Assembly: GCF_009914755.1 (NCBI RefSeq)
Contig: NC_060935.1
From: the human T2T-CHM13v2.0 reference genome, Homo sapiens
Strand: one strand, 5' to 3'
Length of the DNA: 64,000 nucleotides
Shown here: positions 58,012-64,000 of the stretch, in pieces
Numbering within the stretch: position 1 is the first letter of the stretch
Layout: each line of letters starts with the position of its first letter
Notes under the pieces: model-generated
Databases searched by the model: none
What the model saw: the letters and a program-made list of their open reading frames with translations, nothing else
Told to the model about the DNA's origin: nothing
Made by a program: the position numbers and the translations under genes

Positions 58012-58498
58012 ATCACATCATTCCTTTCCCCACCATGTGTCTAACATGCTACCAAATTGAATTTTAAGTAAATTAGTACTTATAAATTAAGTACAAATGC
58101 TTTTCAAATTCACATGAATCTTTGGTAAATAAAACTGGTTGTAAAATTATTGATAAATATAGAAATGTCTGAAATTATTGATAAAATAGCCTTGTGCAAG
58201 TAAGACTAATTTAAGATCATTGGTTCAATGAAAATAACTGAATCTTCTGAGTTGTCGGCAAAATGCTCATGTGTTTAAGATTCTTAGATAGGTGTTCACT
58301 TAATATTCAGACTTTAAAAATGATTAACCAGGATATAACTTTGACCAGCCTAGTATCATAGTTTTTATAAGTAATCCTGGGCCGGGCACGATGGCTCATG
58401 CCTGTAATCCCAGAACTTTGGAAGGCCAAGGTGGGTGGCTCATGAGGTCAGGAGATGGAGACCATCCTGGCCAACATGGTGAAACTCCATCTCTACTA

Positions 58499-59130
<632 letters not shown>

Positions 59131-59307
59131 CTAATTCAGAAGTTATCTGCCCAGACGCAGTGGCTCATGCCTGTAAACCCAGCACTTTGGGAGGCCAAGT
59201 TGGGTGGATTACTTCAGGTCAGGAGTTCAAGACCAGCCTGGCCAACATGGTGAAACACATCTCTACTAAAAATACCAAAAAAAAAAAGTTATCTAAAAGT
59301 CAATTCA

Positions 59308-59662
<355 letters not shown>

Positions 59663-60075
59663 TTAAGTAGGGGAGAGAGAGATGTGAAAAAAATTATGGA
59701 TACAAAGATGTATTTTTGGCAAAGAAGCTTATAAAGAAAAGACAATACCTTTATATGAGAAAGGATCTTGTATGGAAAATTATTGTCCTAGAGTAGAATG
59801 ACTGGTTATTTAAGAAAGAGGAAGGCCAGATGTGGTGGCTCACACCTGTAATCCCAAAACTTTGGGAGGCTGAGGCAGGGGGATCATTTGAGCTCAGGAG
59901 TTTGAGACCAGCCTGGGGAACATGGTGAAACACTGTCTCCCCAAAAATATAAAACTTAGCTGGGCATGGCAGCATGTGCCTGTAGTCCCAGGTACTCGGG
60001 AGGCTAAGGTGGGAAGATTGCTTAAGCCGAGGAGATTCAGGCTGCAGTGAGCCAAGATTGTGCCACTGCATTTCA

Positions 60076-61107
<1,032 letters not shown>

Positions 61108-62079
61108 TTAATGAAATTATAAGAAATTTTGCTTTTCAATTTTTTGTTTGTTAGTTTTGAGATGGAGTCTCGCTCTGTCGCCCAGACTGGAGTGCGGTGG
61201 CGTGATCTCAGCTCACCGCAAGCTCCACCTCCCAGGGTCACTCCAGCCTGGGCAACAGAGCGAGACTCTGTCTAAAAAAAAAAAAAAAAGGGATGAATGA
61301 GTGCCTGTCCACCTCCATTTCATCTGGCCTAGCATATTTAACTGTCTACACGTCTTTTGATTCTAAGTCTCTTGGCCACAGCGGTCCCACTTAGGGACAT
61401 AATATAGCCAGGGCAGGTAGCACACCACCCTGGCATCGATATGGGGCACAATAAAAGCTTGGCCATGATACTGCCTCTGGCATACCATGACCAGAAAAAA
61501 AAAAAAAAAAAAAAAAAAACACATGCACCTGAAAATCTAGTTGAGGCCATGACAGGAAGTGGGTAGGGGGAGGGAGAGTCAGCCAGGCCTCACTATATTT
61601 CCTCGCCTTGGAATTCCACACATATTTTCCCTGATGGTACCACCAATTATAATTCTTCTTGTCCCCCTTGGAGGGCCTTAGTCCCTCTACAAACAACAGT
61701 GTCTTTCTCAATTCCCATAACTGCTCCCCATAATACTGGTATCACATTAAATTACTACTTTCCCCCCATCCCATTCATGCTTAAACCAAAGCACCCCTTG
61801 AATAACACAGGTACTTAACCTTTTTTTTTTTTTTTGAGACACAGTCTTGCTCTGTCTCCCAGGCTGGAGTACAGTGGCGTGATCCTCAGCCTCCCAAGTA
61901 GCTGGGATTACAGGCATGTGCCACCACACCTGGCTAATTTTGTATTTTTAGTAGAGACAGGGTTTTGCCATGTTGGCCAGGCTGGTCTCAAAACTCCTGA
62001 CCTCCAGTGATCCGCCTGCCTTGGCCTCCCAAAGTGCTGGGATTACAGGCGTGAGCCACTGCGCCCAGCGGTACTTAAC

Positions 62080-63780
<1,701 letters not shown>

Positions 63781-64000
63781 CTAGGTTTCTGACCCATCCT
63801 GTCTTCTAGCCTGGAAAATAAAGATCTCCTGCCTTTGGGGTCCTTAGATCAGGCAACCAGAGATTTTCACTCCTCCAACACCAGGCAGAGCCTATGCCCA
63901 TAAGATCAGCAGGAAGCAGTTGTAGAGGGTGGACCTCTGCCCTTCTACCACTTTTTAAGATTAAGGAGGAGTCTGACGCCTGTCATCCCAGCACTTTGGG

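Overview
This is primate DNA, almost certainly human: it is Alu-dense and contains an AluYa5-type element. It carries the 5' half of CHKA (choline kinase alpha) on the minus strand. Four coding exons can be placed at GT-AG junctions: exon 1 (48463-48812), exon 2 (24650-24761), the 54-nt cassette exon 3 that separates the 457-aa and 439-aa isoforms (9044-9097) and exon 4 (2357-2470). The rest of the gene lies beyond position 1. Upstream are the CpG-island promoter (two CCAAT boxes, GC boxes, probably bidirectional), a second CpG island about 7 kb away, an MLT1 LTR, and a decayed ERV1-class provirus whose env TM domain is still readable. Much of the window is Alu (roughly 75-80 copies or fragments by eye, mostly + orientation), old L1/L2/MIR and small DNA transposons. 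Nearly all ORFs in the supplied track are Alu or GC-rich artefacts. I cannot demonstrate a new biological system from sequence alone. The best lead is the Alu-free zone around cassette exon 3: a candidate poison exon, then a 590-bp TA-flanked element with near-perfect 20-bp terminal inverted repeats, all bracketed by oppositely oriented Alus. This could be an undescribed splicing/NMD control module, but it is only a hypothesis. Repeat family names are from recalled consensus sequences, not from a search, and repeat boundaries are approximate.
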